Shown: positions 30,935 to 41,407, counted from the stretch's first letter. The stretch is 64,000 bases of DNA from Promethearchaeota archaeon (GCA_048940925.1 JBHLOC010000022.1:1-64000); one strand, 5' to 3'. Program-made: numbers and translations. Notes: generated by a model from the letters alone, not told the origin.

Positions 30935-31180
30935 TTACCCAAGTTTATTCTTTCTTATCATTGCGTAAATTATGTCAATTATCGATACCGCCGAGACTGT
31001 TAATGTAATAATTAGTGGTGATCTTGGAATTAGAGGTTCTCCTTTTGAGAGTCCTACATATCTTAGGAAATACGGAGATATAAGACCCCAGTAGCCAACT
31101 GACCTATTTGCTCTATCTTTTACCCAAAATGTTTCCCATTCTTTCCATAGGCATTCCCCACCTTTTGCTTGATAAATAAA
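30935..31180 (-). pseudogene. 3' fragment (81 aa plus stop) of a second substrate-binding protein gene
   Basis: Translates FIYQAKGGECLWKEWETFWVKDRANRSVGYWGLISPYFLRYVGLSKGEPLIPRSPLIITLTVSAVSIIDIIYAMIRKNKLG*, collinear with the C-terminus of 28034..30466; no start, in-frame stop just upstream. Confidence 0.9.
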
Positions 31181-31355
31181 TCGTAATTATTAAATAAGGT
31201 TAAGTTTTTTTTATAACCATACTTAGCAATTATAAAATAATAAATAATCAGAAAATATAAACAAGAAATAGAGATACCAATAAAATTACAAAATCTCTTG
31301 ATTTTTATGTAAATTATATTATATATTTAAAAATCCTATTATATATGAAAGTGGT

Positions 31356-32426
31356 GTGGAAATGGCTCGTCAAGCTCGTAACATGATAAAGTACATTATT
31401 AAACGGATATTAATCATGTTTCCCGTTTTAATAGCAGTATTAACATTTACATGGCTTTTATCTCATATGATGGCAGTCAATCCTTATCTAAACAAAATAG
31501 GAGGTAGTTTGGAACCGGATTTATATGAACGAGTATTACGAGAAAGTGGGTGGTATGATCCTTGGTATGTAAAACTTGGTATTTACCTTAGAGATTTTTT
31601 CACTGGAAACTGGGGTGAAAGTTATGTCGTGCTCCCAGGAGAAAAAATAATAAATATAATTGCTCAAATCTTTCCTAAAACAATTGAATTAATGATATTT
31701 TCAATCATTATCGTTCCTATTATTGCTATAAAACTAGGTGTTACTTCTGCAAGACATAAGGATAAACCAAAAGATACTTTAATTCGAGGTGCTGCAATTC
31801 TAGGAGCAGGTTTCCCAGTATTTTATATTGCTGTCTTATTACAATTGTTTATTAGGCTCTCATTAAGAGATTTTACTGGAGGGGGTATTAGTATTGAGGT
31901 GTTATACTCAAATAACCCCTCATTAACACCACCAGTTCCTTCAGGGGGTGTTGGTACAGGATTTAGAACTATTGATAGTGTCTTATATAATCACCAAGTA
32001 TACTTGTGGGATACACTTATTCATTTGATCGTTCCTGTAATGTGTATGATTTTCGTATCTTTATCTAATGTAACCAGGCAGACACGATCAAGCATGTTAG
32101 ATGTTTTAGATCAAGATTATGTCAGAACAGCACGAGCAAAGGGAGTTGCAGAATCAGATGTTATCAATAAACATGCTCTTCGGAATGCTATTCTCCCTAC
32201 AAGCCATTTAGTTATTCAAGGAACTGCTCTATCACTTTTAGGATCTCTCTTCGTAGAAGTCACATTCAATTATACTGGTTTTGGATATTACATGATAATG
32301 TCGATTTATGGTGGTGATTATTTAGTAATAAACGGACTTCTTGTTTTTTCATGCATAATTATAATTTCAGGTACACTTATAGCTGATGTTGCGTATACGA
32401 TTATCGACCCTAGAATTATGTATTAA
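31356..32426 (+). CDS. ABC transporter permease, DppB/OppB-like
   Basis: KYIIKRIL, TRSSMLDVLDQDYVRTARAKG, KHALRNA, IDPRI. Confidence 0.93.
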   Translation: MEMARQARNMIKYIIKRILIMFPVLIAVLTFTWLLSHMMAVNPYLNKIGGSLEPDLYERVLRESGWYDPWYVKLGIYLRDFFTGNWGESYVVLPGEKIINIIAQIFPKTIELMIFSIIIVPIIAIKLGVTSARHKDKPKDTLIRGAAILGAGFPVFYIAVLLQLFIRLSLRDFTGGGISIEVLYSNNPSLTPPVPSGGVGTGFRTIDSVLYNHQVYLWDTLIHLIVPVMCMIFVSLSNVTRQTRSSMLDVLDQDYVRTARAKGVAESDVINKHALRNAILPTSHLVIQGTALSLLGSLFVEVTFNYTGFGYYMIMSIYGGDYLVINGLLVFSCIIIISGTLIADVAYTIIDPRIMY

Positions 32427-32449
32427 AAAAAAATAGAAAGGTAATTAAA

Positions 32450-33442
32450 ATGGAACAAATTTATATTGAAGAATTAAAAGAAGAAAAAATTCTTTCAGAA
32501 TATAAAAAAAATAAATTTATTAGATATCTAAAATTCTATTTAATTCCTGGTTGGCGTGATCCAGAATTTAGTGCTGAAGAGTATGAAATTGGAAAAATTA
32601 AGTCAAAAAGGAGATTATTTAGACGCCTTATCACGCCTTTAACAATTGTGGGAATGATTATGATTATGTTTATCGCTATTTTAGGCGTTTATGCTCCTTG
32701 GTTAACACAATTTACGATAGAGAATGTTTCTAAGCCTTTTTTTCCTAATGAGGCACCATATTCTCCACCATCAGCAGCACATCCATTAGGTACTACAAAA
32801 TATGGGTATGACGTTCTTGCAAGGGTGATCTGGGGGGCAAGAACTGCACTTACTGCAGCAGCTCTTCCTGTCTTAATTTCTGTAGCAGGAGGTTTAGCAT
32901 TAGGTACAATTTCCGCCTATTTTGGTGGAAAAGTAGATTATCTTATTATGCGTTTTTGTGATTTTTGGTTTTCATTTCCATGGTTGATTCTTGTCATAAT
33001 AATTTCACCTATGATAGGACAAGATTTATATAATCTTCTACTCCTCTATGGTCTTCTTTATATACCATCTAGCACTAGGTGGGTGAGAGCTTTAGTTTTG
33101 CAGGTAAAACAGAACTTGTATGTTCAAGCAGCAATTACTGGTGGTGCAAATAAATTTAAAGTTATGTTTAAGCATGTTTTGCCTAACGCGATATCACCCC
33201 TTATAATTGGCTTTTTTGGATCGATGGCTATCGTAGTTTTAGGTTTTTCAAGTATTGCGTTTTTAGGACTGGGAGATGAAAGCTTTGCAGATTGGGGTAC
33301 TGATATTAATTATGCAAGAGGACAGCAGTTTGCTTATTGGGCAGTACTTTGGCCTGGACTTTTTATAGCAATTACAGCAGTTGGATTTATGCTCATAGGG
33401 GATGGATTAAGGGATGCGTTAGATCCTAGGCTGCATATATAA
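32450..33442 (+). CDS. ABC transporter permease, DppC/OppC-like
   Basis: HPLGTTKYGYDVLARVIWGAR, KHVLPN, GDGLRDALDPR. Confidence 0.93.
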   Translation: MEQIYIEELKEEKILSEYKKNKFIRYLKFYLIPGWRDPEFSAEEYEIGKIKSKRRLFRRLITPLTIVGMIMIMFIAILGVYAPWLTQFTIENVSKPFFPNEAPYSPPSAAHPLGTTKYGYDVLARVIWGARTALTAAALPVLISVAGGLALGTISAYFGGKVDYLIMRFCDFWFSFPWLILVIIISPMIGQDLYNLLLLYGLLYIPSSTRWVRALVLQVKQNLYVQAAITGGANKFKVMFKHVLPNAISPLIIGFFGSMAIVVLGFSSIAFLGLGDESFADWGTDINYARGQQFAYWAVLWPGLFIAITAVGFMLIGDGLRDALDPRLHI

Positions 33443-33460
33443 ATCGGAGAGGTTTTTAAA

Positions 33461-36400
33461 ATTTTAGGGATAATATTTCAAACAAGAAATCTGCCAAATT
33501 ATGGATTTGCTGTAATTGAATCTTTAGCTGCCTTTATCTTCTTGTATTTGATTTTGTTTTTTATAATTAATTTTACCTTTAAAGAAGATAAAAAAGTATT
33601 AAACGCTTATAGACGAAGTACATTAGAGACTTGTTTAATTATTTTGGGTATAATTATTGGTATTCGATTTATATTTGAAATTTTTCAATATTGGAGTTTA
33701 ATTATTCAATGGCTTAATATGGATCAATTATATTTTGCTATAATGGTAACACTTTATTTTTTTCTTTATAAAAAGTTATTAAAGAGATTTGGAATTTCAA
33801 GTTTTTCAAATGAGTCTAGTCTCAAATACCATAATTTTAATAAGGTTATTATTATTTTCATGGGGATTTCATGGATATTTGCCGCAATATTTTTTTCCAT
33901 AATGATTCTTAATATTCCAGTTCAGGGTATTGGAGTATTTGAACTCTATAAGATATTTTGGAATACTGATGAACCTCCTAATATTTTTAACTTAAGTCTA
34001 TTCTGGACTGCAGTGGTACTTTTCATTGACCTACTTTTAACTAATTTAATTAATAGAGCTTTATCAAATGAGAAACGTATTGCGAAAAAAGTCCTTAGAA
34101 ACTCGATGCTTATGAGTGCATTGATTACATATGGAATTTGGATTATCCAACTATTAGTATTTGAAGTGTATTTGAATAAATGGCTTGGTTTTGAGTTGCT
34201 TATTCAAGATATTCGTGTATTAATTATAGTTGTTTCAGGATTATATATCATATTCTTTTTTAGTTCTCTCAAAACTAAATTTTTACCAGAATTAAGCGAA
34301 ATGAGTTCAAAGAAAGTCCAAAAGCTATTAGAATTAGAAGTAGAAACGAAACATGCTAACGTAATTACAACAGAATTAACATTAGAAAACCAAGATTCGA
34401 CTCTCGATTCTGAAGTTACCGAATTTCGACCACCAGAAGCAATTTCTTTTAAAAATTATACATATCTTTTAAGAAAATTCGCCAAAATTCGTTATTTAGA
34501 TGAAGAAACTTCAACGAATAATATATTTAATAGAAAGAAAAAAGTCGCAATAATCTTGTGGAGTGTTACATTAGGTATTCTAGCGGTTATTATTTCTTTA
34601 ATATTATTTTTTTCTGATCTTATTTTTCAAGTATTATTTCTAAGTTATCTATGCGCTTTATTTTTAGTAGGAGGAGATATTAGCCTTATTTTTATTTTTA
34701 ATAGAATGAATCCTATTAATAAACGGGCTCCCAAAAAATTAATTCAAAACACAATTCTTTATGGGGGATTATTTACATTTTGGACATGGATTATACCATT
34801 TTTTATCATTTATATGTATCTTTTTATATGGATCAATGAAGCTATTATCTTAAACATTACATATATTACTCTTCTTTCGATTTTGATATTTTATTTGGGA
34901 ATTAGAATTTTAAGATGGTATGGAGTAGCTGTGAAAGTATGGGGCACACCAATAAGAAGAGCGGTTAATATTAATTTGGTTTGGCTTATCGTAAATTTAC
35001 CGTTGAGAATTTATTATTTATTTTATTACGGTGGAGTATTCACCATAGGTGAAAATCTGCCTTTTAGAATCGTTTATTTTTTTTACATTGGGGAACTTAT
35101 CATAACAGCAATTAACATTTTTATTGGTACGATTTTAATAGCGAGATCTTATAAAAGAAAATTAATAGATTCATTAAAGTTTGCTATTCCGGTTCAGATT
35201 ATATTATTTGTATTGATATTAGTCTTAACTCACATATTAGGTTTCCTTCAATCTCTTATTATATCATACCATTTCAATCTTCAAGATGCTCGTATTCCCT
35301 TACTTGTTGCAACAGGAATATATATAATATCAGTTTTCACTTCTCTAAGGATAAAAACTTTACCACAATCATCTGAAAAAATTAAGGAAAAATTCAGAAC
35401 AATCCTCCAAACTACTGAAGAAGATCAAGTCCAAGTTATGGGTATTGGGAACAATGTAATTTTAGATGTTAAAGATCTTACAACTTATTTTTATACAGAA
35501 GAGGGAATTGTTAAAGCAGTAGAAGGCGTCTCATTCAAAATATATCAAGGCGAAACTCTTGGCCTTGTAGGTGAGACAGGATGTGGAAAATCTGTAACCG
35601 CCTTATCTATCCTCCGATTAGTAAGACCTCCAGGTGAAATTAAAAGTGGGAAAGTTATATTTGATGGGGAGGAATTACATACAAAAACAGAGCAAGAATT
35701 TTTAAAATATCGAGGAAACAAAATTACAATGATTTTTCAAGATCCGCTAAATTCGTTAAATCCTGTATTTAAAATAGGTGATCAAATTTCAGAAGTATAT
35801 CGGCTCCATATGGAAGATGAATTACTAATAGAAGCAGCCAAAAAGAATACAAGTATTTATGATATTGCCCGAAAATGGAGCCAAAGAATGCTAAAAGATT
35901 TGAATATACCTACACCGAGAGTAATCTTTGACAGATACCCTCATGAACTAAGCGGAGGAATGCGTCAAAGAGTCCAAATTGCAATGGCTCTTGCCTGTAG
36001 CCCTAAATTATTAATTGCAGATGAACCAACTACTGCACTAGATGTAACAGTTCAAAATCAGATTTTAAAATTAATGAAAGAGTTAAGAAAAAAGTATAAC
36101 ACTTCAATCCTATTTATTACCCATGATTTAGGAATTATTTCAAAAATGTGTGATCGAGTTGCTGTAATGTATAGTGGGGTTATAGTTGAATATGGTGATA
36201 TAATGAAATTGTTTAAAACACCATATCATCCTTATACAAAGGGACTTATAGCATCTGTGCCAGTTGTGGGAAAAAAAAGAGAACGACTTGAGATAATACC
36301 AGGAATGGTTCCTAATTTAATATATCCGCCCTCAGGGTGTAGATTTCATCCACGTTGTCAATATTGTTTTGAACCATGTGATTCAAAGATACCGAAGAAA

Positions 36401-36508
36401 ATAGAAATAGAACCAAATTATTTTGTCGCATGTCATTTGTACGATCCTGAATATAAAGAATTAGCACAGAATTCTATAGTAAAAGTAGAAGAATTGCTAA
36501 TAGAATAA
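33461..36508 (+). CDS. ABC ATPase (DppD/OppD-like) fused to a ~640-aa multi-pass membrane domain; start uncertain (33461 ATT or 33542 TTG)
   Basis: GETGCGKS, LSGGMRQR, LLIADEPT, ITHD, HPYT, GCRFHPRC in the C-terminal ~350 aa; many TM helices N-terminally in a single open frame. Confidence 0.88.
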   Translation: MLGIIFQTRNLPNYGFAVIESLAAFIFLYLILFFIINFTFKEDKKVLNAYRRSTLETCLIILGIIIGIRFIFEIFQYWSLIIQWLNMDQLYFAIMVTLYFFLYKKLLKRFGISSFSNESSLKYHNFNKVIIIFMGISWIFAAIFFSIMILNIPVQGIGVFELYKIFWNTDEPPNIFNLSLFWTAVVLFIDLLLTNLINRALSNEKRIAKKVLRNSMLMSALITYGIWIIQLLVFEVYLNKWLGFELLIQDIRVLIIVVSGLYIIFFFSSLKTKFLPELSEMSSKKVQKLLELEVETKHANVITTELTLENQDSTLDSEVTEFRPPEAISFKNYTYLLRKFAKIRYLDEETSTNNIFNRKKKVAIILWSVTLGILAVIISLILFFSDLIFQVLFLSYLCALFLVGGDISLIFIFNRMNPINKRAPKKLIQNTILYGGLFTFWTWIIPFFIIYMYLFIWINEAIILNITYITLLSILIFYLGIRILRWYGVAVKVWGTPIRRAVNINLVWLIVNLPLRIYYLFYYGGVFTIGENLPFRIVYFFYIGELIITAINIFIGTILIARSYKRKLIDSLKFAIPVQIILFVLILVLTHILGFLQSLIISYHFNLQDARIPLLVATGIYIISVFTSLRIKTLPQSSEKIKEKFRTILQTTEEDQVQVMGIGNNVILDVKDLTTYFYTEEGIVKAVEGVSFKIYQGETLGLVGETGCGKSVTALSILRLVRPPGEIKSGKVIFDGEELHTKTEQEFLKYRGNKITMIFQDPLNSLNPVFKIGDQISEVYRLHMEDELLIEAAKKNTSIYDIARKWSQRMLKDLNIPTPRVIFDRYPHELSGGMRQRVQIAMALACSPKLLIADEPTTALDVTVQNQILKLMKELRKKYNTSILFITHDLGIISKMCDRVAVMYSGVIVEYGDIMKLFKTPYHPYTKGLIASVPVVGKKRERLEIIPGMVPNLIYPPSGCRFHPRCQYCFEPCDSKIPKKIEIEPNYFVACHLYDPEYKELAQNSIVKVEELLIE

Positions 36509-36567
36509 AGATGAATATTTGAAAACCAAATTAAAAAGATTTTAAAAATCATAAAAAAGCGATAAAA

Positions 36568-38331
36568 ATGATTTTTCCCGGATTTACAATCACAAGTTTT
36601 GTATTAGAAGGGGTGCTCTTAGTATTAATCTCAATTATTGGATTTTTCTTTTTTAGGTGGTATTCAAGAGAGAAAGGATGGGAGTATTCTTTTATGAATG
36701 CTTTTTTTATAATTGGAATATGGTTTGTTATTGAATTCTGTTTAGGGGTATTAGTTCCATATTTATTCAACGTATCTTTCTTAACGGAATCTCTGATTTC
36801 AAATATAAGCATTATCAACATCATGATAATAGGAGTAAACATCTTTATTGGACTCATTATTTTTGTAAAGTTCATTAAAAAACCACTAAAAGATTCAATA
36901 ATTTTCACTGTTGTTGTCCAAGGGTTAATATTTGGAATAGCAACTATTATCAGAATCTTATTGGGGGTGTTTATAACTATGATTACTACTGATAATGAGG
37001 ATATTTCTGCGTCGGGATCCTTATTCTTCATGATTATAATGATATTGTTTGGCATAACTGTTTTTTATGTGAATTGGGGGGATAAAATACAGTTTGTAAA
37101 ATATAGGAATATCATTATACTTATTTCTTTTATACCAGAACTAATTTATTTACAAAATCAATTTGACGTACAGGGTGACGCATTCATACGTCAATTTAGC
37201 ATAAACATAATGTGGACTATTTTAGTTTTGATAATTTCTACAACCATAGTTAAACAAGTTTCATATAGAACAATTTCTCTTAAGGAATTCAAAATTTTAC
37301 CGGTTCTTGAAAAAGGTATAGAATTACTTAAAGTAAAAGATTTAAAAGTCTATTATCCGCTTTATGGAGGAATACTTAAAAGACAGTTTGGATCTGTTAA
37401 AGCTGTTGATGGGATCTCTTTTACTATAAGAACGGGAGAGACTGTAGGATTAGTAGGGGAAAGCGGTTGTGGAAAAACTACAGTTGCATTATCAATTTTA
37501 GGATTGGTGCCAAAAGAATCAGGTGAAGTTGAATTTCATAATAATACCCTCCTTGGTGAACTAACAAGAGAAATGAGGAGAAAAATACAATTTGTATTTC
37601 AAGATCCTGATGCATCCTTGAATCCGCGAATGAAAATTGTTGATATAATCGCAGAACCCCTCAAAAATTTGTTGGGCGTTTCTGATAAAACTGAAATCAG
37701 GAAACGAGTTTTAAAATTATTAGATGAAGTGTCTTTAAAACGTGAGCATATGGATCGTTATCCTCATGAATTTTCAGGGGGTCAAAAACAAAGAATTGTT
37801 ATAGCACGAGCACTTGCTAGTAATCCCGAGTTAATTATATTAGATGAGCCTACTTCCGCTTTAGATGTATCAGTTCAAGCTCAAATTCTAAACTTACTAA
37901 AAGATTTGCAAGCTACTTATGGATATGGTTTTATGTTTATAACTCACAATTTAGCTGTCGTTAATCATATTGCTGATAGGATCGCAGTCATGTATCTTGG
38001 AAAATTTGTTGAAGTTGGCAATACAGATCAAATATTTTCAAATCCTTCACATCCCTATACTCAAGCACTTTTAGAGTCAAGAACAGAACTTGATCCTACT
38101 AATAAAGAAATTAGGTTCGTTATTAAAGGAGAAGTTCCAAGTCCAATAGCACCTCCTCCAGGATGTTCATTTAATCCTCGTTGTATTTCAGAGGCCAGAA
38201 CAAGTGATTGTATGCGAAAGGCACCTCATAAAATGGAAATTGAAGAGGGACATTATATCTGGTGCGTTAATCCTCCCATACCTATGCAGTCTAAGGTTAC
38301 AGAATCTAAAGAGAGACTATCTCTCGAATAA
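36568..38331 (+). CDS. ABC ATPase (DppF/OppF-like) fused to a ~250-aa multi-pass membrane domain
   Basis: GESGCGKT, FSGGQKQR, ILDEPTSALDVSVQAQ, HPYT, GCSFNPRC; hydrophobic N-terminus. Confidence 0.9.
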   Translation: MIFPGFTITSFVLEGVLLVLISIIGFFFFRWYSREKGWEYSFMNAFFIIGIWFVIEFCLGVLVPYLFNVSFLTESLISNISIINIMIIGVNIFIGLIIFVKFIKKPLKDSIIFTVVVQGLIFGIATIIRILLGVFITMITTDNEDISASGSLFFMIIMILFGITVFYVNWGDKIQFVKYRNIIILISFIPELIYLQNQFDVQGDAFIRQFSINIMWTILVLIISTTIVKQVSYRTISLKEFKILPVLEKGIELLKVKDLKVYYPLYGGILKRQFGSVKAVDGISFTIRTGETVGLVGESGCGKTTVALSILGLVPKESGEVEFHNNTLLGELTREMRRKIQFVFQDPDASLNPRMKIVDIIAEPLKNLLGVSDKTEIRKRVLKLLDEVSLKREHMDRYPHEFSGGQKQRIVIARALASNPELIILDEPTSALDVSVQAQILNLLKDLQATYGYGFMFITHNLAVVNHIADRIAVMYLGKFVEVGNTDQIFSNPSHPYTQALLESRTELDPTNKEIRFVIKGEVPSPIAPPPGCSFNPRCISEARTSDCMRKAPHKMEIEEGHYIWCVNPPIPMQSKVTESKERLSLE

Positions 38332-38540
38332 ATACTATATTTCTGTCCAATAATATTTTTTTTTCTATTTATTTTAGATTTAATACTCCTAATTAAATTT
38401 GGAAATTCCTCATTTTTCATTCTTTCTCAATAGAAGAAGAGAAAAAGGCGAGAAACATAAATTTATATTTATCATCTAGGTTATTTAATTAACTGATTAA
38501 AAATTGAAACTAAATCTCTCAAATAAACTGTGGTTAAATT

Positions 38541-41393
38541 ATGGAAGTATTCTTAAAACGGGCAGAAAGACCTTTTAAAGAAAGAATTGGTGAGGAAAAG
38601 ACATTGTCCCTTTTCGAAAATATAAAAAAAGCAACAAATGAAATTCCTACTAAATTTAGAAGAGTAATTGGCTCAGATATACCGAAATATCTTTTTAATT
38701 TTTCTCGAGAGGTTGAAGAACTATCACCAGAAAATATAGAAGGAGTTCTAGCCCATGTTTTGATATTTGCGAAATCTCTTAAAGATCTTATTAATAAAGA
38801 TAGAACCCAAATAACCCAAATTTTAATTAATAGAAGTGGTAACAATATGCGTAACCTTCTAGATTTATTAGACAAATTCGCGGAAAAAGCAAAGCAAGGA
38901 GATATCATTAATGACGAACTCAATTTTGAAGATATTTTAACATTTGTTGTAGGAGATAAGACAATAATTACAGATCTTAATGAAATAGAATTATTTCTTA
39001 AACGTGCTGAAGGAAATTTTTCAGATAAAATTGGTAAGGAAGAATCTCATCATTATATAGAAAAAATTGCAGAAAAATTGAAAAAAATAGATAATAGTCA
39101 CAAAGATTACCTCAGCTCAGATATCTCAAAAATTTTATTCACTTTTTCACAGAGTATTGATAAAATTTCTACAGATAATTTAAAGAAAATCCTCCATCAG
39201 GTAGTATGTTTTACCAACTCGCTTTCTGATTTAGGAAATAAAACCAAAGATCAAATTGACCAAGAGATAAGGAAAAGGAGTAAAAATCAAGTTCATTCTA
39301 TAATAGATCTTTGTAAAGCATTAATAGACGCTGCAAACGAAAATAGAATAATTAAATTATGTGAAACTCTTGATGAAATCCTTATACAGCTATATGGGGA
39401 AGAACAAAAACGAATACAATTTACTGACGTTGAAGCTTTTCTAAAACGAGCTGAAAAGAAGTATGCTATGATATTAGGAGAAGATATGATTCACTTGTTA
39501 ATGGATGAATTATTGGAGGCTATAAATCAAATCCCAGAACAACATAGGGAATATCTTGGTTCTGATCTTGCAAAGTTCCTATTTAAATTCTCAGAAACCG
39601 CATCTTTTCACGAACCAGAAAGGATTGAATTAGTATTTAATGGAGCTATTATGTTTGCTAAATCTCTAGAAGAGCTAAGCGATCTAAATAATGCGGAAAT
39701 AAATCAATTTATAATTAATAGATCAAATCATCAAGTTCGGAGTCTTTTTGAGTTATATAAAGCCTTCTTAGAAAAGATTAAGATTCGTATGCCATTATCT
39801 ATAGAACCAACATTTGATGAAATTCTCAACCATACTTTAGGTAGATATAGTGGTCCAAAAGTAATAGAAAAAGGAGGCTTAATCCATGATTTAATGGCAG
39901 ATTATCATGAAGAAATTCCAATTTCAAAAGAACATGCAAACTGGGCTAAAGCGTTATCTGAGATAATCCCAAGATTTCTTGAGATCCTCTCCAATGCGGA
40001 AGGTGACCGAATTTTAGATCTTCTTTGGGAGAATAAGTTTCCAGAGAATCAAGTTATTGATCAATATCAAGAAAAGATTGCGGAGATTCCAAGAGAAAAA
40101 GAGAAATTATTTATGTTTAGACTAATGAATATGTTAACTAACCAAATTTTAATTGATGATGAAAAAGATAAAGCATTAACTGGAGCATTAGCTTTTAGGA
40201 TCCTTGGTACCGTTTTTGTTGAGATATATGGTGGACGAAATACTCAAATTAGAGCAATTAGGCTTAGTAGTCTATTAAAAGACAGAAAGGTTTCAAATTA
40301 TGAAAAAAAGCAGGGTATCGATGACCATATAAACAGGATACTTGAAGAGGATCTTAAAGCCATCCAACAAAAAACAATGACAATTAATACAATAATTCCA
40401 ATTATAACAAAAAAAGGATATTTTATAAAAACATATGATATTGTTACAAAAGATTTTCCAGAACTAATACTTAAATTAATCACTTATCGTGAAGAAGAAC
40501 GTTTAAAAGATATTGGTGCTGACTATAAAAAATCAAGTTTTGCAGGAGAATTAATACCGCTTGTAAACGAATTTCTGCAAAAACTGGATTTAGCTAATAG
40601 ATTTTATAAAAAGTATTTTGAAGAACTTAATAAGATTGCATTTGATGCACAACAGAATATGCTAATAATCAGAAAATTTTTTAAATTATTAGTTGAGTTA
40701 AGGGAAAACTTAGATACCATTGAATTCTATGATTATAAAATTGCTAATACAGAACATTCATTATATATCTTGTTACTGAAATATTTATACACTCCTTTAT
40801 CAGAAGTTTTTGAAACTACAAGAATTATTCTTGATGAACAGGAGTACCAAAAAAAAATTATGAAACTCGATAAATATCTTAGTAAACAAAAACTGGAGCA
40901 ACTTCAACTTGATATTAAATTCACAGAACAAAAAATTAGAGAGTATGAAAATTTTAAGGATTTTGATGCATATCAAAAAATTATGAATTTAACAAAATTT
41001 CTTAATAGAGACAAGAATGAAATTAAGTTTTTCGAAATTTTGTTTAAGCTACTAGATAAATCAGAAAAAATACATGTAATTTTAAAATCAAGATTTGAAT
41101 TTTCAAAAACACTTTTAAAGTATTCAAATTCTTTGAAAAAAGTGCATTCAAGCCTTCCAGCAGCATTATCTGAAAATTTGGCTAATTTAAATGAATTTGA
41201 TCAAGAAATTGATAAAATTATTAGCCAATTAAAGGAAAAAAGTCTTTCTGGTATACTCTCACCTTTTGAATTTAGAGAAAAAAATGAATCTGCTGAAATG
41301 TCGAAGAAAGAATTACTAAATCTATATTCGAATGAGGACTTCACCCTTCATATTAAGGCTATAGGAGAAATATCAGAAGTTACCCATTTTTAA
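38541..41393 (+). CDS. Uncharacterised 950-aa helical protein with three tandem ~148-aa N-terminal repeats
   Basis: ExFLKRAE / SDxxKxLFxFS / FxxSL motifs recur three times; long intact ORF. Confidence 0.85.
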   Translation: MEVFLKRAERPFKERIGEEKTLSLFENIKKATNEIPTKFRRVIGSDIPKYLFNFSREVEELSPENIEGVLAHVLIFAKSLKDLINKDRTQITQILINRSGNNMRNLLDLLDKFAEKAKQGDIINDELNFEDILTFVVGDKTIITDLNEIELFLKRAEGNFSDKIGKEESHHYIEKIAEKLKKIDNSHKDYLSSDISKILFTFSQSIDKISTDNLKKILHQVVCFTNSLSDLGNKTKDQIDQEIRKRSKNQVHSIIDLCKALIDAANENRIIKLCETLDEILIQLYGEEQKRIQFTDVEAFLKRAEKKYAMILGEDMIHLLMDELLEAINQIPEQHREYLGSDLAKFLFKFSETASFHEPERIELVFNGAIMFAKSLEELSDLNNAEINQFIINRSNHQVRSLFELYKAFLEKIKIRMPLSIEPTFDEILNHTLGRYSGPKVIEKGGLIHDLMADYHEEIPISKEHANWAKALSEIIPRFLEILSNAEGDRILDLLWENKFPENQVIDQYQEKIAEIPREKEKLFMFRLMNMLTNQILIDDEKDKALTGALAFRILGTVFVEIYGGRNTQIRAIRLSSLLKDRKVSNYEKKQGIDDHINRILEEDLKAIQQKTMTINTIIPIITKKGYFIKTYDIVTKDFPELILKLITYREEERLKDIGADYKKSSFAGELIPLVNEFLQKLDLANRFYKKYFEELNKIAFDAQQNMLIIRKFFKLLVELRENLDTIEFYDYKIANTEHSLYILLLKYLYTPLSEVFETTRIILDEQEYQKKIMKLDKYLSKQKLEQLQLDIKFTEQKIREYENFKDFDAYQKIMNLTKFLNRDKNEIKFFEILFKLLDKSEKIHVILKSRFEFSKTLLKYSNSLKKVHSSLPAALSENLANLNEFDQEIDKIISQLKEKSLSGILSPFEFREKNESAEMSKKELLNLYSNEDFTLHIKAIGEISEVTHF

Positions 41394-41407
41394 CAATCTA
41401 TATTAGT

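Noticed and set aside
36549-37055. 168-aa minus-strand ORF
   Set aside because: Antisense shadow of the hydrophobic DppF N-terminus; the same applies to the other nested or antisense ORFs (e.g. 13855..14307, 22441..22782, 23014..23397, 38534..38923)
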